This document shows, piece by piece, positions 1 through 9,232 of a stretch of 64,000 nucleotides of DNA (the first letter of the stretch is position 1; every line of letters starts with the position of its first letter). The notes below the pieces were generated by a model. It was not told where the DNA came from. It searched no databases and worked only from the letters and a program-made list of their open reading frames with translations. Both the position numbers and the translations under genes were made by a program. The DNA comes from Vampirovibrio chlorellavorus (GTDB lineage Bacteria; Cyanobacteriota; Vampirovibrionia; Vampirovibrionales; Vampirovibrionaceae): contig NZ_QFWH01000001.1 of the NCBI RefSeq assembly GCF_003149375.1, positions 419,593 to 483,592 of the forward strand. Direction: 5' to 3'.

Positions 1-823
1 GTACTTTTAAAAAGCCGGTTAGTTCTTGTAAAAACGCTGGCAGGGTCTGCTCCGGCTCGGTTTCAATTTCCGAGAAATCCGCCAGTAGCAGCCCGGCAAT
101 GCCATCCAGTAGCCCGGCCATCCTCAGTTGCTGGAATTGGCGGTCCAGGGTGTAGTATTTTTCGTGCCAATCTTCAATGAACAGGATATGCCCGTCGGTG
201 CGGGGTTGAAAGGGCGTTCCGCACAGGGCGGTAAGCAAGGAAAGGTTCCCGCCCATCAGCCGCCCTTGGGCCACCCCCGGCTGAAAGCACTGGTAGGTGT
301 TTTGGTTGGGGATGCGGTAAGGGGCTTGGTTCTGCCCCTGAACCATTTGTAATAGTTGACTTTGGCTGTAGGGCTCGTTATGAATGAGATTGGAGGTGAG
401 CATGGGCCCGTAAAAGCCCATGAGCCCCGTTTGTTGGTAAATAGGCAGCAGCAGGGCGGTAATATCGCTGAAGCCAATAAACACTTTGGGGTTTTGTTGA
501 ATCAGGGCAAAGTCCAGTTGGGGAAGTAGTCGGGTGCAGCCATAGCCGCCCCGGGCGCATAAAATGCCTTTCACTGCTGGATCGGCAAAGGCCGCTTGCA
601 AATCGCTCAGGCGTTCGGCATCGGTGCCCGCCAGATAGAGGCGCTTGTTTTTGGCATTGGGCATCAACTTGACCCGAAAGCCCGCCTGCGCCAGCAGGGC
701 AACGCCTTGGTCAAAGGGATCGGGTTTAGCGGAATCAGCGGGCTCAATGGGCGTGGCCCCGGCCGGGGAGAGAATGGCGATGGTGTCACCGGGCTGTAGG
801 GCTGGGGCTTTGGTGGGGATCAT
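1..823 (-). CDS. ldcA: LD-carboxypeptidase (peptidase S66, LdcA/MccF-like). The C-terminus runs off the window start
   Basis: My own reverse-complement translation from ATG at 821-823 gives MIPTKAPALQPGDTIAILSPAG...GFSDITALL..., the S66 nucleophile-elbow motif. The frame stays open to base 1. The ORF track omits it because it has no stop. Confidence 0.8.
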   Translation of the reverse strand, partial: MIPTKAPALQPGDTIAILSPAGATPIEPADSAKPDPFDQGVALLAQAGFRVKLMPNAKNKRLYLAGTDAERLSDLQAAFADPAVKGILCARGGYGCTRLLPQLDFALIQQNPKVFIGFSDITALLLPIYQQTGLMGFYGPMLTSNLIHNEPYSQSQLLQMVQGQNQAPYRIPNQNTYQCFQPGVAQGRLMGGNLSLLTALCGTPFQPRTDGHILFIEDWHEKYYTLDRQFQQLRMAGLLDGIAGLLLADFSEIETEPEQTLPAFLQELTGFLKV

Positions 824-904
824 GTGGAGCGTCCTTGAACAAGCAATAGAGCCAGGCCATTAAAGACCTGACTCTATTATTTTAGTTGATTATTTAGTGG
901 TCGA

Positions 905-1999
905 TTATGTAGCGGTTGCTGGCTTGTCTTTGCCTGCGTCACCTGTGGCTTCAGCTGGCTTGTCTTTGCCTGCGTCACCTGTGGCTTCAGCTGGCTTGTC
1001 TTTGCCTGCGTCACCTGCGGCTTCAGCTGGTTTGCCTTTGCCTGCGTCACCTGCGGCTTCAGCTGGTTTGCCTTTGCCTGCGTCACCCGTGGCTTCAGCT
1101 GGCTTGTCTTTGCCTGCGTCACCTGTGGCTTCAGCTGGTTTGCCTTTGCCTGCGTCACCTGCGGCTTCACTCTCGGCTGATTTCGGCGGGGTCAGCTTGG
1201 TGTTGTAGGCACCTTCCGCCGTTTTGATGGCTTCCTCAAGATCGGTGACTTCCTTGGATTTGAGGACATCAGCCACCGCTTTATCTGCTTTCACGCCTTC
1301 AGCGATTTTATCGACATAGGCGGAGTGGGCGTTTTCAAGGTTTGTAAACAGCTTGTAATTTTCTTCTGTGACTTCCGATTGCAGGTTCTTGTCTTTCAGT
1401 TCATTAAACGTCTTTTTGAACTCTGTGACTCGGCTGTCCACGTTTTCTTTGTTTAAGTTGTCGTCAAATGCTTTTTTGGCTGTTTTGAGTTTATTAACCA
1501 GTCCATCGGCGGCAGTCTTTAAATCACCTGTGAGTTCATGCAGGGCTTTGGTGCCATATTCATTGCCGGAACCTGAGAAGATGTTTAATTTACCTTTATA
1601 AATGGCGATACCAGTGTAAACGGCGGCTCCAATACCGGCAGCAATGGTGCTAATGCCTTTCCAGCTGCTCCAAAAATTGCCGCCGGATAAATTGTTGTTA
1701 TTATCGGCATAGCCACCCGAAGGGTGCTGAAACACAGTGCCTTGCGGGTTGCCAGCGGCTGGCGCGCCGTTGGCAGGGGCAAAGGCGTCCTGGCCCATGC
1801 CAGCGGGCATCCCGGGAGTCATGGCTGCTTGGGGTACGCCGGGAAGGGCCATATTGGAAAAAGCACCCGGACCGCCCGGCATCGGCAGACCAGGCATGGG
1901 GGGGAGGGGGGGCATGGGGTTCTGTCCACCCAATCCCGGCTGTGGAAGCAGCATAGGGTTTGTGGGAGCATAAGGGGTATTGGGGGGCAGGTAGCTCAT
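905..1999 (-). CDS. Hypothetical single-pass membrane protein. It has a Pro/Met/Gly-rich N-terminal tail, one TM helix, a Lys-rich coiled-coil region and a C-terminal array of 12-aa tandem repeats (KPAEA[TA]GDAGK[GD])
   Basis: 364-aa ORF. The N-terminus MSYLPPNTPYAPTNPMLLPQPGLGG... is Pro-rich. A hydrophobic stretch ISTIAAGIGAAVYTGIAIY follows. The C-terminus carries 7 copies of a 36-bp repeat. Confidence 0.65.
   Translation of the reverse strand: MSYLPPNTPYAPTNPMLLPQPGLGGQNPMPPLPPMPGLPMPGGPGAFSNMALPGVPQAAMTPGMPAGMGQDAFAPANGAPAAGNPQGTVFQHPSGGYADNNNNLSGGNFWSSWKGISTIAAGIGAAVYTGIAIYKGKLNIFSGSGNEYGTKALHELTGDLKTAADGLVNKLKTAKKAFDDNLNKENVDSRVTEFKKTFNELKDKNLQSEVTEENYKLFTNLENAHSAYVDKIAEGVKADKAVADVLKSKEVTDLEEAIKTAEGAYNTKLTPPKSAESEAAGDAGKGKPAEATGDAGKDKPAEATGDAGKGKPAEAAGDAGKGKPAEAAGDAGKDKPAEATGDAGKDKPAEATGDAGKDKPATAT
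921..1172. repeat. Seven head-to-tail copies of a 36-bp unit (ggcttgtctttgcctgcgtcacctgtggcttcagct and close variants) inside the 3' end of the 905..1999 gene
   Basis: Read directly from the sequence with period 36. Variants differ at 2-4 positions (ggcttgtc/ggtttgcc, ctgtgg/ctgcgg/cccgtg). This explains the spurious repeat-frame ORFs at 877..1170, 897..1208 and 916..1227. Confidence 0.9.
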
Positions 2000-2350
2000 T
2001 GGGGAAAATCTCCTGAATTTTGGGAAACTTGCTTAATCTTGCCTTCTAAAAACCCCTCAATGGATGTTTGTGCGACATGACTGAAAGTTGAGTGTGAAAA
2101 ATCTTAATAATCGGGCGTGCAATGAACACCGTCACAGGCGCAGGGCTGGGGGGGATTCAGGCAGGAAGCGTTTCAGCGGATGTGGGATTTAAAATTTAAC
2201 TGAAAGTGAGGTAATTAAAGTGAGGCTATTATTGATGAAAGAAAAAAGGCATGCAAGGACAAGGCTTTTCAGGGCCCTTTCATGGTTTGTGGGTCTGGAA
2301 AGCGGACATGGCAAGGGGGAAGCCCCAACCATGAGTAAGCGGATTGGTTT

Positions 2351-3574
2351 TTAGCCCAATCCACCCAGAATCAATTGAGCATATTCCCCGGCTTCCCCCT
2401 CAGGATCCAGGGCCACGGTTTTCTCCAAATGGCGCTTGGCGTTCTCCACCTCACCCAGATTCAGGTAGCAGGTGGCTAAGTCACTGTGGCACCAGGGATC
2501 GTTCGCCTCGCTTTTCAGTTGAAACTGGTACTGGTTCAGGGCCTTGTCCCACTGGCCCAGTTTGGAATAAATGCGGGCCAGGTTTAAAAAGGTACGGAAG
2601 TCATCGGGGGCCAATTCTTGCGCTTTCAAAAAGTATTCTTCAGCGGCGGGGTAATTGCCCAGATCTTCCTGGGTGTTGGCAATGTTAAAGTAGGGGTTGA
2701 TGTAGCCGGGGTCATACTCAATGGCTTTATTCCACCACTGGAGGGCCACCGCATTTTTGCCCAGCAGGGCACAGCCCACCCCAGCCTCGGTGGCGTAAAT
2801 GGCTTTATTTCTGGCGGAGGCCCGGGAGATTTTAAGGGCTTCCCGATAAAAAATAACGCTTTTTTCCAGCTCGTATTCGCTGCGAAAACATCGGGCCAGG
2901 TGGTAGTAGGCTGTTTCCATGGCAGGATCTTCCCGCAAGGCGCTTTCGTAAAGCGCAATTTTTTCCGTATTGTTGGAAACGTGGTGGGCCTTGAGAATCA
3001 GCTTGATGGCCGAGAGCGAATTGCTGGCAACTGGTAAGTCCTTAGGGCGGTGGCAGATTGTTTCAGGCTCAAGGGTTTTTAGGATTTGATAGACCACAGA
3101 ATTAATTACCCGGTTTAATTCATCCACCGGAATTTCAGGATCCCCGCCATCGCCAATGTTCTCGGTATCCAGGCTGAGAACGGTGTTATCGGTGAACACT
3201 ATTACGTCTTGGGCCAGACTGTACAGGCTGATTTCAATGTGCAGCTCGCTTTTAATTTCTGCAGACTGCTGAAGAACTCCGGTTAACAGGAACTGGGTAC
3301 GGGTGGACTGGCAGATTTGCTTCAGTTTGTTCAGGGAGTCTCTGGTGTAAAGCGCATCGCAAGCGTGCAGCCACTGGGGTTCCACTTTATCGCTGACGGT
3401 GGCCAAGTCCTTGTATTGAACGTTGGTCAGTCGGGCGGCCTGACTGAGGATGCCATACATCAAAAGTTCTTCGCACTGGTGAAGCAGGCCGGAGGGGGAT
3501 GGTTTATATAATCCAATGGCCACCAGCTTTTGCGTCTCGGATCTCATGATGACGTTGTGTTCTCCCAATCCCAC
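2351..3574 (-). CDS. TPR-repeat protein. It has an N-terminal domain of about 200 aa of unknown function and a C-terminal TPR array
   Basis: 407-aa ORF. The C-terminal half has TPR-like 34-aa periodicity (AYYHLARCFR..., ALQWWNKAIEYDPGY..., FLNLARIYSKLGQWDKAL). Confidence 0.6.
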   Translation of the reverse strand: MGLGEHNVIMRSETQKLVAIGLYKPSPSGLLHQCEELLMYGILSQAARLTNVQYKDLATVSDKVEPQWLHACDALYTRDSLNKLKQICQSTRTQFLLTGVLQQSAEIKSELHIEISLYSLAQDVIVFTDNTVLSLDTENIGDGGDPEIPVDELNRVINSVVYQILKTLEPETICHRPKDLPVASNSLSAIKLILKAHHVSNNTEKIALYESALREDPAMETAYYHLARCFRSEYELEKSVIFYREALKISRASARNKAIYATEAGVGCALLGKNAVALQWWNKAIEYDPGYINPYFNIANTQEDLGNYPAAEEYFLKAQELAPDDFRTFLNLARIYSKLGQWDKALNQYQFQLKSEANDPWCHSDLATCYLNLGEVENAKRHLEKTVALDPEGEAGEYAQLILGGLG

Positions 3575-3709
3575 TAGGCGTTTTAGAGATGCGTGAACTC
3601 TACCCGTTCAACAGTAAAGTGATCGTTCGCTATTTTTAGTATAAGCCCACTCTGATATTTATTGGGGTTCTTCTCCAGTATGACCTGTGCGGGTGGCGTT
3701 TTGCCTCGG

Positions 3710-5236
3710 TCAGTTGTTGTAAAAAAGTATCTGGCTCTGCCGGGGCTTGGGCCTTGCCGACATGGGCGGCCAGGGGTGACTCTGTGTCAGGATGGCCCCC
3801 GTGCCGGACAAGATGGCCGATATGCCCGTATTGCTGGCAATGGCCAACGGTGTTCTGCTTTCTGCCGCCCGCAGTTGGCCGATGGCCAGAAACTGGGCCT
3901 CAATCAGCGGGTTTTGATGAAACCAGCCCAGATTGCTCAGGTTGATGAGTAAATCGGCACCTCGCTTGCGGTAAGCCTCAGTGAACGAGCCGTCAATGAG
4001 TTCAAAGCAGACCAGTCCGCCCAGTTGGTAAGGGCCTGCCGCTAAAGGCTGGGTGCTTTGCCCCATAGTATAAGGGGCGGAATACTCCACCTGAAAGGTT
4101 CGCAAGGCCTTGCTCAGAAAATCGCCCAGCTGGTACGGGGTGTATTCTCCAAAGGGAACCAGTCGCCGCTTGTGGTAAAAACGGATGGGCTCCTTTGCGG
4201 TGGCCGGTAATAAAGCGATGCTGTTGAACAGTTGCCCGTTTGGGGATTGGCTACTGATGCCCAGCGCAATGGAAACGGCTTTCAGTTGGGCTAGATGAGC
4301 CAGTTGCCCAAGAATCGGGTGATCCAGAGGGGATGCCAGATCTACCAGGCCGGGGGCTGCCCCTTCTTCCGGGAGTAAAATCAGGCTGCCCGTTGGAAAA
4401 TACGTGGTTTGTATGGGATGCAGGTATGCGGACTTGCTCTCTTCTTCGGTCAACTGGCCGGAGCGAATGAGTTCAATGGGCAAATTGGCCTGAACGATGG
4501 CCACCGGCATCGGGATATGGGCACCCTTCTGCGGCTCCGGTAATGCGTTGAGCAGGGCTAATAGGCCCGGTAGACAAAACAAGATTACCGTTTTCAGGAT
4601 GTTTGGGCGATTCAAAGGATTGGCTTCGATTGCTCGAACACTTTCAGCCAGCAGCACGGCATAAACAATCAGTGAAAACACAATGCCCACTCCCCCCAGC
4701 TGGCTGGCCAGCCAGCGCAGGGGCCATAATCCGGCTTGTGTATATTCCAGTAAGCCCCAGGGGAGGGCTAGTGGGGTGGCATTTAGCATCGAAAACAGTG
4801 CAATCCATGCTAGGGGAAGTCCAAAGAGCCGCCAAGCAAAAGGCTTATTAGGATCGGCCAGTCCAAAAAATCCACTGGTTAGAAGCCCCCCCTCGGTGCC
4901 AATCAGGAGCCATCCAGCCAGCGTGACCAGGCGGCTGCTAAGTTCATCAAAGCCCAGCCAGGTCAGGGGGTGTAAATCGAAAAACCAGAGGCAGTATGCG
5001 GCCTGAAAGCAAAACCCGAACCAGAATCCGCCCCAGGCCCTTTGTTGAAAGGTGGGGCATTGGTAGGTCCATAACAGTGCCGGGGCAATGGCCAGCCAGG
5101 CCAGCCACCACAGGTGGTATCCCGGCGCGCTGAGCCCCAATAACACTCCGAAAAATGCCATCGGCAAGGGCTTTTTCTGAAAGTTGGCCGCCAAGAACGT
5201 CTGTAAGCTGGACGACTGGGGAAAAGAAGCTGTCAT
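3710..5236 (-). CDS. lnt: Apolipoprotein N-acyltransferase. The N-terminal domain is polytopic membrane and the C-terminal domain is a CN-hydrolase
   Basis: The ORF is 508 aa. Multiple TM helices precede a nitrilase-like domain with FYHKRRLVPFGEYTPY. The start may instead be the internal Met (MAFFGVLLGL..., at 5161). Confidence 0.85.
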   Translation of the reverse strand: MTASFPQSSSLQTFLAANFQKKPLPMAFFGVLLGLSAPGYHLWWLAWLAIAPALLWTYQCPTFQQRAWGGFWFGFCFQAAYCLWFFDLHPLTWLGFDELSSRLVTLAGWLLIGTEGGLLTSGFFGLADPNKPFAWRLFGLPLAWIALFSMLNATPLALPWGLLEYTQAGLWPLRWLASQLGGVGIVFSLIVYAVLLAESVRAIEANPLNRPNILKTVILFCLPGLLALLNALPEPQKGAHIPMPVAIVQANLPIELIRSGQLTEEESKSAYLHPIQTTYFPTGSLILLPEEGAAPGLVDLASPLDHPILGQLAHLAQLKAVSIALGISSQSPNGQLFNSIALLPATAKEPIRFYHKRRLVPFGEYTPYQLGDFLSKALRTFQVEYSAPYTMGQSTQPLAAGPYQLGGLVCFELIDGSFTEAYRKRGADLLINLSNLGWFHQNPLIEAQFLAIGQLRAAESRTPLAIASNTGISAILSGTGAILTQSHPWPPMSARPKPRQSQILFYNN

Positions 5237-5253
5237 GCGGGGATACGGTCTCT

Positions 5254-5262
5254 TGCTATAAT
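5254..5262 (+). promoter_or_regulatory. Extended -10 element (TGcTATAAT) ending 6 nt before the ruvC ATG. The ruvC mRNA is probably leaderless or near-leaderless
   Basis: The sequence tcttgcTATAATgccgctATGaga is seen directly. No Shine-Dalgarno is possible in the 6-nt gap. Confidence 0.4.
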
Positions 5263-5268
5263 GCCGCT

Positions 5269-5805
5269 ATGAGAATTTTAGGCATCGATCCGGGATTGGG
5301 CAGAGTGGGCTTTGGCCTGGTGGAAACCGTGCGGGATACCAACTGTTCCGCAGGCTGGGCGGGGGAGGAGTTCGGGGCGTGCCAGTGGGGGATTATCGCC
5401 ACCACCAAAGATAAGTCGGACGGGGCCCGCCTGCAAGAGATTCACGATGATCTCACCCAGGTTCTGGAGCAGTTGCGGCCCGATGTGGTGTCCCTTGAGC
5501 GCTTGTTTTACTTTCGGAACAACACCACCATTATACCGGTGGCTCAGGCCCGGGGGGTCATCCTGATGTTGACCCATCGCTTTAACTTACCGGTTTACGA
5601 GTATACCCCCATGCAGGTCAAGCAGGCGGTTACCGGCTACGGTAAGGCTGAAAAGGCCGAGGTGCAGGAGGCTTTGATTCAGTTGCTGAAGCTGGATAAG
5701 AAGCCCACCCCGGATGATGCCGCCGATGGCCTTGCTTTGGCGGTGTGTTACTACAATCAGGTGGGTCGGCTGCAGGTGCTGCAAGGGGCTGGGAGGGCGC
5801 TCTAG
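5269..5805 (+). CDS. ruvC: Crossover junction endodeoxyribonuclease RuvC
   Basis: MRILGIDPGLGRVGFGLVE... The internal Met of ORF 5155..5805 is at codon 39. The RuvC fold motifs are present. Confidence 0.9.
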   Translation: MRILGIDPGLGRVGFGLVETVRDTNCSAGWAGEEFGACQWGIIATTKDKSDGARLQEIHDDLTQVLEQLRPDVVSLERLFYFRNNTTIIPVAQARGVILMLTHRFNLPVYEYTPMQVKQAVTGYGKAEKAEVQEALIQLLKLDKKPTPDDAADGLALAVCYYNQVGRLQVLQGAGRAL

Positions 5806-5912
5806 CGGAAAGCGCCACAGCGCCTGAGGGAGGGGTGTGGTTGTTCCACTGGCGTCTTTTGGGTAGAGTTGGATTATATATGCCATCAGCACAACGAGAT
5901 GAGGATTTTGCG

Positions 5913-6932
5913 ATGCAACAGGCAGTACGTGTGGCCGTTTTTGGTTTTGGTGGACTGGGCAAGGGCATGGCCCGTTTAATTCCCCATCGTCCTGATTTTA
6001 AGTTGGTGGCCGTGGCCGACAGCCAGGGCTTTGCCTTTAACGCCAATGGCTTGTCCCTGAACGAGTCTTACGAACTGAGCCAGCCTTTGCACTCCGACTC
6101 GGACTCCATCATCAGCCTGCTGAAGGCTCATGCCGATGAAATTGACGCTGTGTTTATGGCCTTGCCCAACTTGCCGGTGGAATTTTTCGCCGATACCGTG
6201 AAGCGCATTGTGGAGGAAACCGGCTTTAAAGGGGTGTTCGTGGACGCCCTGAAGCGCACTGAGGCGGTGGAGCGCTTGTTTGCGCTGCACAACGAATTGA
6301 GTGAGCAAGGGATTTTGTACGTCACTGGGGCGGGCGCCACTCCCGGCTTCCTGACCACCGTGGCCGCCGTGGCCGCGCATTCCTTTGTGGAAGTGCTGGA
6401 TGTCAACATTCACTTTGGGGTGGGTATTGCCAACTGGGAAGCCTACAAAGCCACGGTACGCGAAGATTTTATTCACCTGGAAGGCTTTGACGCCAAGCGG
6501 GTAGCCTGCATGAGCGATGAGGAAATCGCTGAAGAGCTGAGCGTCCGCAACGGCTTGCTGAAGCTGGTGGACATGGAACACGCCGATGATGTCATTCTGG
6601 AACTGGCGGGCGTTTGCCCCCGGGATCGGGTGCGTGTGGGCGGTTTGGTGGATACCCGTAACGCCAAAAAGCCGGTGAATACCACCGTTACCGTGACGGG
6701 CCGCACCATGAGCGGCGCCGTGGGCAGTCATCAATTCGTGGTGAGTGATGAAGCCACCATGGTGGACAACGTGTGCGGCCCTGCGCTGGGCTTTATGCTG
6801 CGGGCGATTGAAATGCACCAGCGGGGTTTCTACGGCCTGATTACTTCCGCCGACATTATGCCCCGCTTTGCCAGCCGGGTGCCGGGTGAGCAGGCTCAGC
6901 CTCTGCAAGCGGACATGGCCCTGAGCGTATAG
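5913..6932 (+). CDS. NAD(P)-binding oxidoreductase of the meso-diaminopimelate D-dehydrogenase (Ddh)-like family
   Basis: The N-terminal Rossmann motif is VAVFGFGGLGKGMARLI...KLVAV. VTGAGATPGF resembles the Ddh VSTGWDPGMF. GAGGA sits 7 nt upstream of ATG 5913. The longer ORF from 5745 would overlap ruvC. Confidence 0.45.
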   Translation: MQQAVRVAVFGFGGLGKGMARLIPHRPDFKLVAVADSQGFAFNANGLSLNESYELSQPLHSDSDSIISLLKAHADEIDAVFMALPNLPVEFFADTVKRIVEETGFKGVFVDALKRTEAVERLFALHNELSEQGILYVTGAGATPGFLTTVAAVAAHSFVEVLDVNIHFGVGIANWEAYKATVREDFIHLEGFDAKRVACMSDEEIAEELSVRNGLLKLVDMEHADDVILELAGVCPRDRVRVGGLVDTRNAKKPVNTTVTVTGRTMSGAVGSHQFVVSDEATMVDNVCGPALGFMLRAIEMHQRGFYGLITSADIMPRFASRVPGEQAQPLQADMALSV

Positions 6933-6949
6933 CCTGAGCGGACTCGCTG

Positions 6950-7627
6950 ATGTCTCTGTTTATTACCGGCACGGACACCGGGGTTGGTAAAACCGTTCTG
7001 ACTGCCGGGTTGGCGGCCTTGCTAACCCGGCAGGGCAAATCCTTCTGCGTGTTTAAGCCCATTCAAACCGGTTCGCCGGACCCCAGTCACCCGGAAGATC
7101 CCGAGCGGGTCAAGCATCTGGTCAGTGCGGAAGTGCCCACCTATTGTACGTACTGCTTTCCGTCGCCAGTGGCTCCTTATGCCGCCGATCCGCAGCGAAC
7201 CATTCAGCCTCGCCGAATCTTGACTCAGTTCAAGGAGCTACAGGCTCGCTATGAAGTGGTGCTGGTGGAAGGGGCCGGGGGCGTTCGGGTGCCGGTCTCT
7301 CCACACGTTGAAATGCTGGATCTGGCTCGTATGCTGCAATTGCCCGTGGCAGTGGTGGCTCGCCCCAATTTGGGAACCATGAACCATACTTTACTGACCG
7401 TGGACGCCCTGCTCGCCCAGCGGCTGGAGGTGAAGGGCGTGGTGATATCCAATTGGCAAGCCGATGATCCCGATCCGGCGGTGCATAGCTTGCGGGAAAC
7501 GCTGGAGCCGTTTCTGGCGGTGCCCATTTTGGGCTTATTACCGCCCTTACCCCAAGCGGCGGGCAGTTTTCTGGATGCGGCGGTCATCGAGCCGTTTGCA
7601 CGCCTCAATTTGCTGGAAGCCCGCTGA
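6950..7627 (+). CDS. bioD: Dethiobiotin synthetase
   Basis: The P-loop is ITGTDTGVGKT and the VLVEGAGG motif is present, at a typical BioD length. Confidence 0.9.
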   Translation: MSLFITGTDTGVGKTVLTAGLAALLTRQGKSFCVFKPIQTGSPDPSHPEDPERVKHLVSAEVPTYCTYCFPSPVAPYAADPQRTIQPRRILTQFKELQARYEVVLVEGAGGVRVPVSPHVEMLDLARMLQLPVAVVARPNLGTMNHTLLTVDALLAQRLEVKGVVISNWQADDPDPAVHSLRETLEPFLAVPILGLLPPLPQAAGSFLDAAVIEPFARLNLLEAR

Positions 7628-7738
7628 TTTTTTGATCAGGCAGAGTGCCTTTCAGTCCTTGCCTGTTGAGCCAGGCCCATTTTGTGCAGAGAGCCGTTAT
7701 TCAGGTGGACACCTCTGCGATGGGTGCTGCCTGTTTAC

Positions 7739-9232
7739 TCAGGAGGCGGACTGGCCGAAGTAATTCAGGTTGGGATTCCGGGCGGCGGCCACTTCATCCA
7801 CTTTGCTGACCGGCGTGGTGTGGGGGGCGTTCAGCACCAGTTCCGGCTGGGTGCGGCACTCTTCGGCAATGGCCTTCATGGCCGCTACAAAGTGATCCAG
7901 CGTGGCCTTGGACTCCGTTTCGGTCGGCTCAATCATCATGGCCTCCGGCACAATCAGCGGAAAGTACACCGTCGGCGGGTGATACCCATAATCCATCAGC
8001 CGTTTGACGATGGCCATGGTGTTCAGGTGCGAATCATGCACTTTTTGCTTGGCGTTGGTCAAAATAAACTCGTGCTTGCAAACCTGATCAAAAGCCACCT
8101 GATAGTCTTCCTGCAGGCAGGCTTTGAGGTAGTTGGCGTTCAAAACGGCATCCTGACTGACCTGAGACAGGCCTTGCGATCCGTAAGCCTGAATATAGGT
8201 GAGGGCCCGAGCCATCATCTCAAAATTGCCGTAAAAGGCCTTCACTTTGCCCACCGACAAAGGCCGATCCTCGTTCAGGAAGTATTGCTGCCCGTCAAAA
8301 TCGGCAATGGGGGCTGGCAGGTAGGGGGCCAGGGTTTTGGTCACGGCTACCGGGCCGCAGCCGGGGCCACCACCGCCATGGGGGGTGGCAAAGGTTTTGT
8401 GGGTGTTGATGTGCATGACATCAAAGCCCATTTGAGCCGGTTTGGCTTGGCCCATCACGGCGTTCAGGTTGGCGCCGTCATAGTACATAAAAGCGCCCAC
8501 CTCATGCACCAGACGGGTGATTTCCAGAATATCCTTCTCGAACAAGCCGACGGTACTGGGATTGGTCAGCATGACGGCGGCGGTTTTTTCCGAGAGCGCC
8601 GCTTTGAGGCGATCCAGATCCACCAGTCCATTGGCCCCGGATTTGATTTCCACGATTTTATAGCCACACATAGCGGCAGAGGCCGGATTGGTGCCGTGTG
8701 CGGAGTCGGGGACGATGACCTCGGTGCGCTGGGTGTCTCCGATATGGGCAAAATGGGCCTTGATCATCATAATGCCCACCAGTTCCCCTTGCGCCCCGGC
8801 GGCCTGCTGCAGACTCACGGCGTCAAAGCCGGTAATATCGGCCAAATACTGCTGCAAGGTGTAGATGATTTTCAAAGCCCCCTGGCTCAAATGGCCCGGG
8901 GTCATGGGGTGCAGGCGTGTCAATCCGTCCAGCATGCCGTAGTAGTCGCACACCTTGGGGTTGTACTTCATGGTGCAGGAGCCCAGCGGGTAAAACTCCT
9001 TGTCAATACAATGATTGAGCTGAGACAGGCGTAAGAAGTGCCGCACTGCGTCCATTTGGGAAATTTCCGGGAGGCGTGGGGCCGTTTCTCGTAAAAATTC
9101 CGGGGGAATTAAGGACTCCAGCGGTGTTTCGTCGACGCCGATCGCTGATAGGCTAACCCCTTGGGCCCCTGCGTGGGAGAGTTCGAAAATGGAGGGTTCC
9201 AATACGGGGGTGTTCAACAGGGGGGCGTTCAT
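7739..9232 (-). CDS. gcvPB: Glycine dehydrogenase (decarboxylating) subunit 2, the C-terminal P-protein half
   Basis: 497 aa. It has a PLP-fold region and the typical GcvPB motifs (SCTMKYNP, NTHKTFA.PHGGGGPG). Its start overlaps the gcvPA stop (TAATG). Confidence 0.95.
   Translation of the reverse strand: MNAPLLNTPVLEPSIFELSHAGAQGVSLSAIGVDETPLESLIPPEFLRETAPRLPEISQMDAVRHFLRLSQLNHCIDKEFYPLGSCTMKYNPKVCDYYGMLDGLTRLHPMTPGHLSQGALKIIYTLQQYLADITGFDAVSLQQAAGAQGELVGIMMIKAHFAHIGDTQRTEVIVPDSAHGTNPASAAMCGYKIVEIKSGANGLVDLDRLKAALSEKTAAVMLTNPSTVGLFEKDILEITRLVHEVGAFMYYDGANLNAVMGQAKPAQMGFDVMHINTHKTFATPHGGGGPGCGPVAVTKTLAPYLPAPIADFDGQQYFLNEDRPLSVGKVKAFYGNFEMMARALTYIQAYGSQGLSQVSQDAVLNANYLKACLQEDYQVAFDQVCKHEFILTNAKQKVHDSHLNTMAIVKRLMDYGYHPPTVYFPLIVPEAMMIEPTETESKATLDHFVAAMKAIAEECRTQPELVLNAPHTTPVSKVDEVAAARNPNLNYFGQSAS

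Noticed and set aside
877-1227. ORFs 877..1170 (-), 897..1208 (+) and 916..1227 (+) with perfectly periodic translations
   Set aside because: They are alternative-frame readings of the 36-bp tandem repeat. The real gene is 905..1999 on the minus strand.
5976-6908. 310-aa minus-strand ORF
   Set aside because: It is antisense to the Ddh-like gene. It is His/Gly-rich and a high-GC artefact.
7628-7738. Possible bidirectional terminator between convergent bioD and gcvPB (AGGCAgagTGCCT hairpin)
   Set aside because: The stem is only 5 bp. The adjacent T-run is on the wrong side for either transcript. It is not convincing.
7682-9034. 450-aa plus-strand ORF
   Set aside because: It is entirely antisense to gcvPB. 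The composition is Gly/His/Val-rich and typical of antisense frames in high-GC DNA. No homology was recognised.
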